Shown in pieces: positions 23,096-32,393 of a DNA stretch of 62,611 nt (position 1 is its first letter; each line of letters opens with the position of its first letter). The notes beneath the pieces were generated by a model, which had not been told where the DNA came from, did not search any database, and saw nothing but the letters and a program-made list of their open reading frames with translations. Source of the stretch: Betaproteobacteria bacterium SG8_39 (GTDB lineage: Bacteria; Pseudomonadota; Gammaproteobacteria; Burkholderiales; SG8-39); contig LJTQ01000001.1 of assembly GCA_001303445.1 (NCBI GenBank), forward strand, positions 1 to 62,611, read 5' to 3'. Position numbers and translations under genes: made by a program.

Positions 23096-23859
23096 GCGAA
23101 ACGCGAATTTCCGAAGCGGATCTGCAGGCCTTCGTCGACGGGCGTCTGGCGCAGCCGCATCGCGCCGGGGTCGAGGCCGAGCTTGCGGCGAACCCCGAGC
23201 TGGCAGCGCAAATCGAGGCCTACCGCGCGCACGGTGAGGCGCTGCGGGCCGCGTTCCAGCCCGTGCTCGACGAGGCGATTCCGGTTCGCCTGCTCGATGC
23301 AACGCGCCCGCCGCGGCGCCGCAACTGGGCGATCGCGGCAGGTCTACTGTGGGCGGTGCTTGGCGGCATCGCGGGCTGGGCGGTGAGCGAAGCCTACCGG
23401 CCGGCCGAGCGGACGCGCTACGCCGAGGCACCGCTGCCGGTGCGTGCGGCAGTCGCGCACGCGGTGTATTCGCCCGAAGTGCGCCACCCCGTCGAGGTCG
23501 GTGCCGACCAGGAAGCGCATCTGGTGGCCTGGCTGTCGAAACGCCTCGGTGCACCGGTGCGTGCGCCGAAGCTGGAAAGCGTCGGCTATCGACTGATGGG
23601 TGGACGCCTGCTACCGGGCGAGTCCGGGCCGGTGGCGCACTTCATGTACCAGTGCGAAAAGGGCACGCGGGTCACGCTGTACGTGCGTACCGAAGCACCG
23701 GACCATGGCGAGACCGCATTCCGCTACGCAGACGAGGGCAACGTGCACGTCTTCTACTGGGTTGACCGCACGTTCGGCTACGCGCTGTCCTCGGCCGACA
23801 TCGATCGCAAGCGCCTGTCCGAGGTCGCCAACGCGGTCTACCGGCAGCTCAATCCTTGA
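23092..23859 (+). CDS. anti-sigma factor (single-pass membrane protein)
   Basis: ATG 23092 overlaps the sigma-factor stop (ATGA). N-terminal anti-sigma helix region (ISEADLQAFVDGRLAQPHRAGVEAELAANPELAAQIEAYRA), one TM segment (WAIAAGLLWAVLGGIAGWAV) and a periplasmic C-domain. No Zn-binding HxxxCxxC. Confidence 0.7.
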   Translation: MSETRISEADLQAFVDGRLAQPHRAGVEAELAANPELAAQIEAYRAHGEALRAAFQPVLDEAIPVRLLDATRPPRRRNWAIAAGLLWAVLGGIAGWAVSEAYRPAERTRYAEAPLPVRAAVAHAVYSPEVRHPVEVGADQEAHLVAWLSKRLGAPVRAPKLESVGYRLMGGRLLPGESGPVAHFMYQCEKGTRVTLYVRTEAPDHGETAFRYADEGNVHVFYWVDRTFGYALSSADIDRKRLSEVANAVYRQLNP

Positions 23860-23887
23860 GCGGCTGAGCGCCTGATCACGTCGCGCC

Positions 23888-24703
23888 TCAGGCGCGCCGC
23901 ACGACGTAGCCGCCGGATTTGTCGTCGCGTTCGAGCGCGAGGAGCTTGCGCTTCTCGGCTTCCTCGAGCAGGTCGGAGAACGCGCGGAAACCGTAGTACG
24001 ACTCGTTGAAGCCGGGTTTGCGGCGCTTCAGCGCCTGCTTGACCATCGAGCCCCAGATGCGCTCGCCTTCACCGCGCTCGGCGACCAGCGCCTCATAGGT
24101 CTCAAGCGCGAGCTCGATTGCCTCGTGCTGCTTTTCTTCGCTTGTGCCCGGTTCAGCCGCGGCATCCGCGGGCTTCGCCTCCTTGCGTCGCCGCGCCGTC
24201 CGGCGCTTGGCTTCCCCTTCGCGCACCAGGTCGTCGTAGAAAATGAACTCGTCGCAATTTGCGATGAGGAGGTCGGACGTGGAGTTCTTCACGCCGACCC
24301 CGATCACGGTCTTCGCGTTCTCGCGCAGCTTCGACACGAGCGGCGAAAAATCCGAGTCGCCGCTGATGATGACGAAGGTGTCGACGTGTTCCTTGGTGTA
24401 GCAGAGATCCAGTGCATCGACCACCATGCGGATATCGGCGGAGTTCTTGCCGGACTGGCGTAGGTGCGGAATTTCGATCAGTTCGAACGAGGCTGCATGC
24501 ATCGTCGACTTGAACTCCTTGTAACGCTCCCAGTCGCAGTAGGCCTTCTTCACCACGATCGAGCCCTTCAGCAGCAGGCGCTCGAGTACCCTGCCGATGT
24601 CGAACTTGGCGTACTTGGCATCGCGCACGCCGAGTGCGATGTTCTCGAAATCACAGAACACCGCGAGACTGCGTGCGTCGGGGTTGATGGCCATGCGCGT
24701 CAT
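23888..24703 (-). CDS. NYN (LabA-like) domain protein with C-terminal OST-HTH/LOTUS domain
   Basis: Start at ATG 24703 (or 24694). LAVFCDFENIALG, AYCDWERYK and FVIISGDSDFSPLVSKLRE are NYN nuclease motifs. The C-terminus WGSMVKQALKRRKPGFNESYYGFRAFSDLLEEAEK is OST-HTH-like. Confidence 0.8.
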   Translation of the reverse strand: MTRMAINPDARSLAVFCDFENIALGVRDAKYAKFDIGRVLERLLLKGSIVVKKAYCDWERYKEFKSTMHAASFELIEIPHLRQSGKNSADIRMVVDALDLCYTKEHVDTFVIISGDSDFSPLVSKLRENAKTVIGVGVKNSTSDLLIANCDEFIFYDDLVREGEAKRRTARRRKEAKPADAAAEPGTSEEKQHEAIELALETYEALVAERGEGERIWGSMVKQALKRRKPGFNESYYGFRAFSDLLEEAEKRKLLALERDDKSGGYVVRRA

Positions 24704-24785
24704 GCTAGCAGAACGGTGAAACGGCGGTTCGGGCACGCGGCGCGCGCACGTATGATCTTGCCTGGGCGAATCTGAGGGGAAGACC

Positions 24786-26327
24786 ATGATCGGCGCCGAA
24801 GCGCTGGTGCGAACGCTGCTGGCCTCCGGGGTGGAGGCCTGCTTTGCAAATCCCGGTACGTCGGAAATGCATTTCGTGGCGGCGCTCGATCGCGCGCCCG
24901 GGCTGCGCTGCGTGCTCGGACTGGCCGAAACGGTGGTCACGGGCTGCGCCGACGGGTATGGCCGAATGGCGGGAAAGCCCGCAGCGACACTGCTGCATTG
25001 CGGGCCGGGGCTCGCGAACGGGCTCGCCAATCTGCACAACGCCCGGCGCGCGAACGCGCCGATCGTCAACATCGTTGGCGACCAGGCGACGTACCACCGG
25101 CCCTACGACGCGCCGCTCACCGCAGACACCGACGGCCTGGCGCGCACGGTGTCGCACTGGGTGCGGACCAGCACCTCGGTCGCCGATGTGGCCGGGGATG
25201 CCGCGGCCGCGGTCCAGGCGGCGCGCACCGCGCCCGGTCAAATCGCAACGCTCGTGCTGCCCGCCGACACGGCCTGGAGCGAGGGCGGGACGCCGGCGCC
25301 GGCACTGCCGGTCCCGGCGCGCCCGCAGGTTGCGCCGGACACGGTGCGCGCGGTCGCCATCGCGCTGCGCCGCGGCCAGCCGGCGATGCTTCTGCTTTCA
25401 GGTACGGCATTGAGCGAGGCGGGACTGCGCGCGGCCCATCGCATTGCCCACGTGACCGGCGCCCAGCTGCGCACGCCGACCCAGGTGCCGCGCATGGCGC
25501 GCGGCCGTGGGCGCGTGCCGGTCGATCGCATTCCGTACGTCGTGGATCTGGCGCTCGAGGTGCTCTCCGGGGTGAAACAGCTCGTACTGGTGGCGGCCAA
25601 GCCGCCGGTCGGCTTCTTCGCCTATCCCGGCAAGCCGAGCACCCTGTGGCCGAAGGACTGTTCGGTCGATGTACTCGCGCGGCCCGAGGAGGACGCGCTC
25701 GCCGCGCTCGAGGCGCTGGCCGATGAACTCGGTGCGCCGCGCGAGCTTGCGCTGCCCGCGCTCGCGCCGCCCGCGGGCGGCGCGCAGGGTGCGTTCGAGC
25801 CGCTGGCGTTCGCGCATGCATTTGCTGGGCTCATTCCGGAGAACGCGATCGTCGTCGAAGATGCGGTGACTTCCGGGCGCGCGCTGTTCGCGCCGACCTT
25901 CGCCGCGGCGCCGAACGACTGGCTGCAGAACACCGGTGGCGCGATCGGCATCGGCCTGCCGGCCGCGACCGGTGCAGCGCTCGCCTGTCCGGATCGCAAG
26001 GTCGTCTGCCTGCAGGCGGACGGCGCGGGCATGTACACGCTGCAGGCCCTGTGGACGCAGGCACGCGAAGCGCTCGACGTGATCACCGTGCTGTTCGCGA
26101 ACCGCGTCTATCGGATCTTGCAGGGCGAACTCGCCGCCGTGGGCGCGAAGCGAGGACCCGCCGCCGACCGCCTGTTCGACCTCGCGCCGCCGGCGCTCGA
26201 TTGGGTCCAGCTTGCCGGCGGCATGGGGGTCGAAGCCGTGCGCGTCGAGACGCTCGAAGCATTCGCCGACGTATTCCGCGCCGCCGCTTCCCGGCGCGGC
26301 CCGTTCCTGATCGAATTCCGGATCTAG
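24786..26327 (+). CDS. thiamine-diphosphate-dependent enzyme (acetolactate synthase large-subunit family)
   Basis: 513 aa. N-terminal Pyr domain (GAEALVRTLLASGVEACFANPGTSEMHF) and C-terminal PP domain (GGAIGIGLPAATGAALA...LQADGAGMYTLQALWT). Confidence 0.85.
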   Translation: MIGAEALVRTLLASGVEACFANPGTSEMHFVAALDRAPGLRCVLGLAETVVTGCADGYGRMAGKPAATLLHCGPGLANGLANLHNARRANAPIVNIVGDQATYHRPYDAPLTADTDGLARTVSHWVRTSTSVADVAGDAAAAVQAARTAPGQIATLVLPADTAWSEGGTPAPALPVPARPQVAPDTVRAVAIALRRGQPAMLLLSGTALSEAGLRAAHRIAHVTGAQLRTPTQVPRMARGRGRVPVDRIPYVVDLALEVLSGVKQLVLVAAKPPVGFFAYPGKPSTLWPKDCSVDVLARPEEDALAALEALADELGAPRELALPALAPPAGGAQGAFEPLAFAHAFAGLIPENAIVVEDAVTSGRALFAPTFAAAPNDWLQNTGGAIGIGLPAATGAALACPDRKVVCLQADGAGMYTLQALWTQAREALDVITVLFANRVYRILQGELAAVGAKRGPAADRLFDLAPPALDWVQLAGGMGVEAVRVETLEAFADVFRAAASRRGPFLIEFRI

Positions 26328-26348
26328 CGCAGCCTTGAGAGCAAGGGG

Positions 26349-27596
26349 CTACCAGGTCGGCACCGATTCGAGGGCGAACAGGCTCTCGTGCGTTTCCCGC
26401 CTGCGCACCAGGTACGCGGTCGAGCCGTCGACCATCACCTCGGCGGCCCGCGGTCGTGAGTTGTAATTGGAACTCATCGCCATGCCGTAGGCCCCGGCCG
26501 ACATGATGGCGAGAAGATCACCCGGCTGCGCCGCGAGCGTACGGTCTTTGGCGAGTACGTCGGCGCTTTCGCAGACCGGGCCGACGACGTCGTAGACCGG
26601 GGCGCCCGCCGCCTGCTGTGCCCGTACGGGCATGACCTCATGCCAGGCGCCGTAGAGCGACGGGCGCATCAGGTCGTTCATCGCCGCGTCGACCACGAGG
26701 AAGTTCTTCGCCGCGCCGGGTTTCAGGTATTCGACGCGCGTCAGCAGCACGCCTGCGTTGCCGACGATCGAGCGGCCCGGGTCGAGAATCAGCTTCGCAC
26801 GCTGCGTGCCGAGGCGCTCGAGCATCGCGGCGATGGTCGCGCCGATGGGCTGCGGCGATTCGTCGCGATAGCGGATGCCGATGCCGCCACCGAGGTCGAT
26901 GTGGGCGAGGCGAATGCCGGCCTGGGCGAGGCGCGTCGCCAGCGCAGTGATGCGTGTCGCGGCCTCGATGAGCGGCGCGGCCGCCGTGAGCTGCGAGCCG
27001 ATGTGGCAGCCGATGCCGACGACCTCGACCGCAGCCAGAGACGCTGCGTGCCGATAGAGACGTTCGGCGTCTTCCTGCGCGACGCCGAACTTGTTCTGCT
27101 TCAGGCCGGTCGAGATGTAGGGGTGGGTCTTTGCGTCCACGTCCGGGTTGACCCGAAACGCGATCGGTGCGCGACGGCCGAGCCGTGTCGCGATGGCGGC
27201 GACGCGCTCGAGCTCGGCCTCCGACTCGAGATTCAGGCAGAGAATCCCCGCCTCGAGCGCCTGCACGATCTCGGCCTCGCTCTTGCCGACGCCCGAGAAC
27301 ACCGTCTTGCGCGCATCGCCACCGGCGGCCAGCACCCGCGCGAGCTCCCCGCCCGAGACGATGTCGAAGCCCGCGCCGAGCCGCGCCAGCAGCGCGAGCA
27401 CGGCGAGGTTGGAGTTCGACTTGACCGAGAAGCAGACCAGGGCGTCGCGACCCGCGAGCGCGGCCGCATATTCGGCGTACGCCTGCTCGATCGCAGCGCG
27501 CGAATACACGTAGCAGGGCGTGCCGTGCGCTCGCACAATGTCGTCGAGCGGGACGGCTTCCGCGCATAGCACGCCGTCGCGATAGGCGAAGGTCAC
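26349..27596 (-). CDS. lysA: diaminopimelate decarboxylase
   Basis: GTG start at 27596 (VTFAYRDGVLCAEAVPLDDIVRAHGTPCYVYS). FSVKSNSN (PLP lysine), HIGSQ, DLGGGIGI, CESAD and MSSNYNSRPR blocks are all present. Confidence 0.93.
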   Translation of the reverse strand: MTFAYRDGVLCAEAVPLDDIVRAHGTPCYVYSRAAIEQAYAEYAAALAGRDALVCFSVKSNSNLAVLALLARLGAGFDIVSGGELARVLAAGGDARKTVFSGVGKSEAEIVQALEAGILCLNLESEAELERVAAIATRLGRRAPIAFRVNPDVDAKTHPYISTGLKQNKFGVAQEDAERLYRHAASLAAVEVVGIGCHIGSQLTAAAPLIEAATRITALATRLAQAGIRLAHIDLGGGIGIRYRDESPQPIGATIAAMLERLGTQRAKLILDPGRSIVGNAGVLLTRVEYLKPGAAKNFLVVDAAMNDLMRPSLYGAWHEVMPVRAQQAAGAPVYDVVGPVCESADVLAKDRTLAAQPGDLLAIMSAGAYGMAMSSNYNSRPRAAEVMVDGSTAYLVRRRETHESLFALESVPTW

Positions 27597-27603
27597 GGCA
27601 CGG

Positions 27604-27801
27604 CTACCGATTCGGCGCGTCCGGCCCGTCGCGCGGTTCGTTCGGGTAGGGCACGGGCTCGTAGGGCGCCGGCTTGGGCGGCTTGACGCCGGGTGGCGGG
27701 TTGTCGCGCAGATAGAGCGGGCCCTTCTGCCCGCAGCCTGACACCGCAAGCGCAGCCATGATCACGACCGCTGCAGCGACGATCGAAATGGCGCGCGTCA
27801 T
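27604..27801 (-). CDS. lptM: small lipoprotein of the LptM (YifL) type
   Basis: 65 aa. Lipobox LAVSGC followed by GQKGPLYL and a Pro-rich tail. Located between cyaY and a DAP-pathway gene, matching the enterobacterial cyaY-yifL-dapF arrangement. Confidence 0.65.
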   Translation of the reverse strand: MTRAISIVAAAVVIMAALAVSGCGQKGPLYLRDNPPPGVKPPKPAPYEPVPYPNEPRDGPDAPNR

Positions 27802-27847
27802 CGCGTCATCACTAAAATATTCATGCTAGCACGGACGGATAACCACC

Positions 27848-28180
27848 ATGAACGAGAGCGAATTTGAAGCGCTCGCCGAAGCGGAGCTTGCGTGCATCGA
27901 GCAGGCGTTCGAGACGAGCGGTGTGGACGCCGACATCGAGGCCAAGGCCGGGGGCGTGCTCGAGATCGAGTTCGGCGATGGCTCGAAGATGATCATCAAT
28001 CGGCACGGCGCCGCGCGCGAGATCTGGGTGGCGGCGCGTTCGGGGGGGTTCCATTTTCGCAACGATGGCGCGCACTGGCGCAACACGCGCGACGGCAGTG
28101 AGCTTTACGCGGCGCTGTCCCGGCTGGCCTCCGAGCAGAGCGGCGAGGCGGTTGCACTGACCCGTCCCGCCGGGGCCTGA
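27848..28180 (+). CDS. cyaY: iron-sulfur cluster assembly protein CyaY (bacterial frataxin)
   Basis: 110 aa. MNESEFEALAEAELACIEQAFE...GGVLEIEFGDGSKMIINRHGAAREIWVAARSGGFHF is the frataxin fold signature. Confidence 0.88.
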   Translation: MNESEFEALAEAELACIEQAFETSGVDADIEAKAGGVLEIEFGDGSKMIINRHGAAREIWVAARSGGFHFRNDGAHWRNTRDGSELYAALSRLASEQSGEAVALTRPAGA

Positions 28181-28187
28181 GCGCCGC

Positions 28188-30536
28188 TTACTGCGAGAAC
28201 GTCGACGCGTTGGGATCGAACGGGAACGCACTGCCGGCCGCGTCTTCCGCCGGCGGCTGCTCCTGCGGCACGTATTCGCGGTAGAAGAACTCGGGCACGA
28301 TCTTGAGGTCGACCGCGGCCGGGTCGTCCGGCCTGGGGGCTTCGACAAAGTCCACCACATCGACCACCACGATGCCCGGCGGCGTGCTGCGCGAGACCTC
28401 CGGTACGCCTTTCAGCATTTTTTCCATGTAGGCGAGCCAGACTGGCAGCGCGACTGCGCCGCCGGTCTGGTTACGGCCGAGCGATTTGGGCTGATCGTGG
28501 CCGATCCAGGCGACGGCGACCAGGCTCGGGTGGTAGCCGGCGAACCAGGCATCGACGAACTCGTTGGTGGTTCCGGTCTTGCCGGCGAGATCCTGCCGCT
28601 TGAGGCGTGCGACGCGTGCCGCCGTGCCGTAGCGCGTCACGTCCTTGAGCAGACTGTCCATGATGAAGGCGTTGCGCGGGTCGATGACTCGCAGCGCCTT
28701 GTCGCCGGCGCGCGCGGGCAGTGCCTCGCCGAGCGTGTTGCCGCGATCGTCGACGATCTTCTTGATGAAATACGGCTCGATCAGGTAGCCGCCATTCGCA
28801 AATACCGCGTAGGCCCGCGCCGTCTGCAGCGGAGTGACCGAGCCCGCGCCGAGTGCCATGGTCAGGTACGGCGGGTGCTTCGCGGCATCGAAGCCGAAAC
28901 GCCGCACATAGTCCTGAGCGTATTGCGGACCGATCGTCTCGAGCACCCTGATCGAGACCATGTTCTTCGATTTGGCGAGCGCGCGGCGCAACCGCATCGG
29001 CCCTTCGAACTTGCCGTCGTAATTGTTCGGCTCCCAGCGCTGGCTACCGGTGATCTCCGCGTCGATCACGATCGGCTCGTCGGGGATCACCGTCGCCGGT
29101 GTGAGCCCCTTTTCCAGGGCCGCAGAGTAGATGAAAGGTTTGAACGACGAGCCGGGCTGACGCCAGGCCTGGGTCACGTGATTGAATTTGCTGCGCCCGA
29201 AATCGAAGCCGCCGATCAATGCGCGAATTGCGCCGTCTTCCGGGTCGAGGGAGATGAAGGCACCCTCCACGTCCGGCAGCTGGGTGATGTGCCAGTTGCG
29301 CTTCTCGTCGCGGCGCACACGGATGATCGAGCCGCGCTCGATGCGCCGGCGGGCCGGCGCGCGGGCGTCGAGCGCACTCGAGGCGAAACGCAGGCCTTCT
29401 CCGGCAACGTGGATGCGCGTGCCGTCCCGCAGGGCGGCCTCCACTTCCTTGCGATTCGCGCTGATCACGACGGCGGGCAGCATGGCCTCGCTGTCGCGGT
29501 AGTCGGCCAGCGCGTCTTCGATGGCATCGTCCCCGCTGCCCGCCGGCAGCTCGGCGCGGCCTTCCGGGCCGCGGTAACGCTGGCGCCGGTCATAATCGAG
29601 CAGACCGCTGCGCAGGGCGGCATAGGCCGCCTCCTGGTCGGCTTTGCGGATCGTCGTGTAGACCCGGAAGCCCTTCGTATAGACCTCGTCCGGGTACTGC
29701 TCGTAGACCGCCGCACGGACCATTTCCGCCACATAGTCGGCCGGGAACGCGTACTCGCGTGCTTTCTCGCGCTGGACCCGCAGCGGGGCCTCGACCGCCT
29801 CGGCGTACTGCTCCGGCGTGATGTAGGCAAGTTCCTGCATTCTGCGCAGCACGTAGCGTTGCCGCTGCTTGGCGCGTTGCGGATTCGCAACAGGGTTGTA
29901 ACTGGAGGGGGCCTTTGGCAGGCCGGCCAGCATCGCGGTTTCGGCCAGGGACAGGCTGCCGAGCGCCTTGCCGTAGTAGGTGCGCGCCGCCGCTGCGAAA
30001 CCGTAGGCGCGCTGGCCGAGGTAGATCTGGTTGACGTACAACTCCAGGATCTGGTCCTTGGACAAGTTGTGCTCGATCTTGAAGGCGAGCATCGCTTCAA
30101 AAACCTTGCGCGTCAGCGTTTTCTCCGAGGAGAGAAAGAAGTTGCGCGCCACCTGCATGGTGATGGTGCTCGCGCCCTGACGGCGCCCGCCTGCGACCAG
30201 GTTCGTGTAGGCGGCGCGCATGACGCCGAGATAGTCGATCCCGGCGTGCTGGTAGAAGCGCTCGTCTTCGGCCGCAACGATCGCGTGGATAAGGGGCTTG
30301 GGAACGTCCCGGATCGAAATTACCGAGCGGCGTTCCTCGCCGAACTCACCGATCAAAATGCCTTCCGCGGAGTAGACCCGCAGGGGTATTTTGGGCTGGT
30401 AGTCGGTTAGCGTCTCAAGGGAAGGCAGGTTGGGATAGGCGAGCACGAAAATCAGGCCCGCCACAAGCGCACCTGCGGCACCGACCCCCAACAATAGGGC
30501 GATCGGGTACAGCAAGAAAAAACGAAGCCACATCAA
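28188..30536 (-). CDS. mrcA: penicillin-binding protein 1A (bifunctional transglycosylase/transpeptidase)
   Basis: 782 aa. GT51 motifs (AAEDERFYQH, GASTITMQVARN, RKVFEAMLAFKIE) and transpeptidase motifs (SSFKP, SKN, KTGTT). Divergent from pilM, as in Pseudomonas ponA. Confidence 0.93.
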   Translation of the reverse strand: MMWLRFFLLYPIALLLGVGAAGALVAGLIFVLAYPNLPSLETLTDYQPKIPLRVYSAEGILIGEFGEERRSVISIRDVPKPLIHAIVAAEDERFYQHAGIDYLGVMRAAYTNLVAGGRRQGASTITMQVARNFFLSSEKTLTRKVFEAMLAFKIEHNLSKDQILELYVNQIYLGQRAYGFAAAARTYYGKALGSLSLAETAMLAGLPKAPSSYNPVANPQRAKQRQRYVLRRMQELAYITPEQYAEAVEAPLRVQREKAREYAFPADYVAEMVRAAVYEQYPDEVYTKGFRVYTTIRKADQEAAYAALRSGLLDYDRRQRYRGPEGRAELPAGSGDDAIEDALADYRDSEAMLPAVVISANRKEVEAALRDGTRIHVAGEGLRFASSALDARAPARRRIERGSIIRVRRDEKRNWHITQLPDVEGAFISLDPEDGAIRALIGGFDFGRSKFNHVTQAWRQPGSSFKPFIYSAALEKGLTPATVIPDEPIVIDAEITGSQRWEPNNYDGKFEGPMRLRRALAKSKNMVSIRVLETIGPQYAQDYVRRFGFDAAKHPPYLTMALGAGSVTPLQTARAYAVFANGGYLIEPYFIKKIVDDRGNTLGEALPARAGDKALRVIDPRNAFIMDSLLKDVTRYGTAARVARLKRQDLAGKTGTTNEFVDAWFAGYHPSLVAVAWIGHDQPKSLGRNQTGGAVALPVWLAYMEKMLKGVPEVSRSTPPGIVVVDVVDFVEAPRPDDPAAVDLKIVPEFFYREYVPQEQPPAEDAAGSAFPFDPNASTFSQ

Positions 30537-30621
30537 AGGGGTTAGACCGGCGCCGCGAGGAACGGTTGCGGGCGAGGGCGCAAACGTAACACGACCGTGA
30601 ACTTTTGCACGGGGAATTTGC

Positions 30622-30650
30622 TAGACACTGGGGATAGTTGTTGCTAGCAT
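30622..30650 (+). promoter_or_regulatory. candidate sigma-70 promoter for pilMNOPQ
   Basis: TAGACA (30622-30627), 17-nt spacer ending in TGC, then TAGCAT (30645-30650), about 55 nt upstream of the pilM ATG. Sequence pattern only. Confidence 0.3.
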
Positions 30651-30705
30651 CTAACGCGATTTCTACGTATTGCGCCTAAAGGGCGGGTGCGCAAGGGAAA
30701 ATACG

Positions 30706-31782
30706 ATGGCCTTCGATTTCTTTACGCCGAAAGCACCGCCCCTGTTCGGGCTCGACATCAGCTCTTCCTCGGTGAAGATGCTGGAAATCGTCGAGGCCGG
30801 CAAGGGTGGCTACCGTGTCGACCGGTACGCGATCGAGCCGCTGCCTCGAGATGCCGTCGTGGACGGCAGTGTCAACAACCTCGAGGCGGTCGCCGACTCG
30901 GTCAACCGTGCCTACAAACGTCTCGGTACCCGCACCAAACACGTCGCCATGGCCGTCCCGACGGGCGCCGTGATCACCAAAAAGATCATCGTGCCCGCCG
31001 GCCTGCGCGATGACGAGATGCAGGTTCAGGTCGAGGCGGAAGCCAATCAGTACATTCCCTTCGCCCTCGACGAGGTGAATCTCGACTTCCAGACCGTCGG
31101 CCCCTCGCCGGCCAACCCGGACGAGGAAGAGGTTCTCATCGCCGCCACCCGCAAGGAAAAGGTCGAGGACCGCGTTGCGGTCGCCGAATCCGCGGGTCTC
31201 AAGGCGGCCGTCATGGACGTCGAGTCCTTCGCGCAGCAGAGCGCGCTCGAGATCGTGATTGGCCAGCTGCCGAGCGGCGGCCGCGACATGAATATCGCCA
31301 TCGTCGATATCGGGCAGAGCCTGATGAACGTCACGGTGCTGCGCAACGACCAGTCGGTCTACACGCGCGAACAGTCCTTCGGCGGCGGCCAGCTCACGCA
31401 GGACATCGTCAACCGCTACGGCATGAGCCCGGAAGAGGCCGAGAACGCGAAGCGCTCGGGCGGCCTGCCGGATGATTTCGATTCCGAGGTGCTGCGGCCC
31501 TTCATGGAAAACCTCTCCATGGAAATTCAGCGCGCGCTGCAGTTCTTCTTCACCTCGACGCAATACAACACCGTGGACCAGATCCTGCTCGCAGGGGGGT
31601 CGGCGGTGATCCCGGGCCTGGACGAGGTGGTGAACAACCACACACAGGTGCCTGCGATCGTCGCCAATCCATTCGTCGCGATGCAGACCTCGCCGCGCGT
31701 TCAGCTCAAGCGCCTGATCGCTGATGCGCCCTCGCTGATCGTGGCCTGCGGACTCGCCATGCGGAGGTTCGACCCGGTATGA
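30706..31782 (+). CDS. pilM: type IV pilus assembly ATPase-like protein PilM
   Basis: Start at ATG 30706 (MAFDFFTPKAPPLFGLDISSSSVKMLEI). Actin-like fold, first gene of the pilMNOPQ block. Confidence 0.92.
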   Translation: MAFDFFTPKAPPLFGLDISSSSVKMLEIVEAGKGGYRVDRYAIEPLPRDAVVDGSVNNLEAVADSVNRAYKRLGTRTKHVAMAVPTGAVITKKIIVPAGLRDDEMQVQVEAEANQYIPFALDEVNLDFQTVGPSPANPDEEEVLIAATRKEKVEDRVAVAESAGLKAAVMDVESFAQQSALEIVIGQLPSGGRDMNIAIVDIGQSLMNVTVLRNDQSVYTREQSFGGGQLTQDIVNRYGMSPEEAENAKRSGGLPDDFDSEVLRPFMENLSMEIQRALQFFFTSTQYNTVDQILLAGGSAVIPGLDEVVNNHTQVPAIVANPFVAMQTSPRVQLKRLIADAPSLIVACGLAMRRFDPV

Positions 31783-32390
31783 CGACACGCATTAACCTGC
31801 TGCCGCATCGTGAGGAGCGTCGCAAGCGCGCACGCCAGCACTTCATGGTGCTGGGGGTGCTCACTGCGGTTCTCGGCCTGGTCATCGTCGGGGCGGTACA
31901 CCTGTACTTCGCCGGGATCATCGACACTCAGACCGCGCGCAACAAATTCCTCAAGGACGAGATCAACAAACTCGACAAGCAGATTGCCGAGATCAGGAAG
32001 CTCAAGGACGAGATCACGGCGCTGCTCGAGCGCAAGAAGATCATCGAGACGCTGCAGACCGACCGCGCGCAGACCGTGCATCTGCTCGACGAGCTGGTGC
32101 GCCAGATGCCCGAGGGCGTGTACCTCAAGGCGGTGACCCAGAAGGGCCTGAACGTGAAGCTCGAGGGGTATGCGCAATCGAACGCACGGGTCTCGACGCT
32201 GATGCGCAACATCGAAGCGTCGCCGTGGCTGGAGAGCCCGGGCCTGGTCGAGGTCAAGGCCGGCGTCGTCGACAAAAAGCGGGTCTCGCAGTTCGAGCTG
32301 AACCTGGCGGTCAAGCGCGCAGAAAAGGAAGAAGCGAAAGACGGCGCGAAGGGCAGCAAGGGCGCCAAGCCGGCGGCGAAGGGGGGATAG
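31779..32390 (+). CDS. pilN: type IV pilus inner-membrane component PilN
   Basis: 203 aa. INLLPHREERRKR N-terminus (PilM-binding peptide), one TM segment. ATGA overlap with pilM. Confidence 0.88.
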   Translation: MTTRINLLPHREERRKRARQHFMVLGVLTAVLGLVIVGAVHLYFAGIIDTQTARNKFLKDEINKLDKQIAEIRKLKDEITALLERKKIIETLQTDRAQTVHLLDELVRQMPEGVYLKAVTQKGLNVKLEGYAQSNARVSTLMRNIEASPWLESPGLVEVKAGVVDKKRVSQFELNLAVKRAEKEEAKDGAKGSKGAKPAAKGG

Positions 32391-32393
32391 GTC

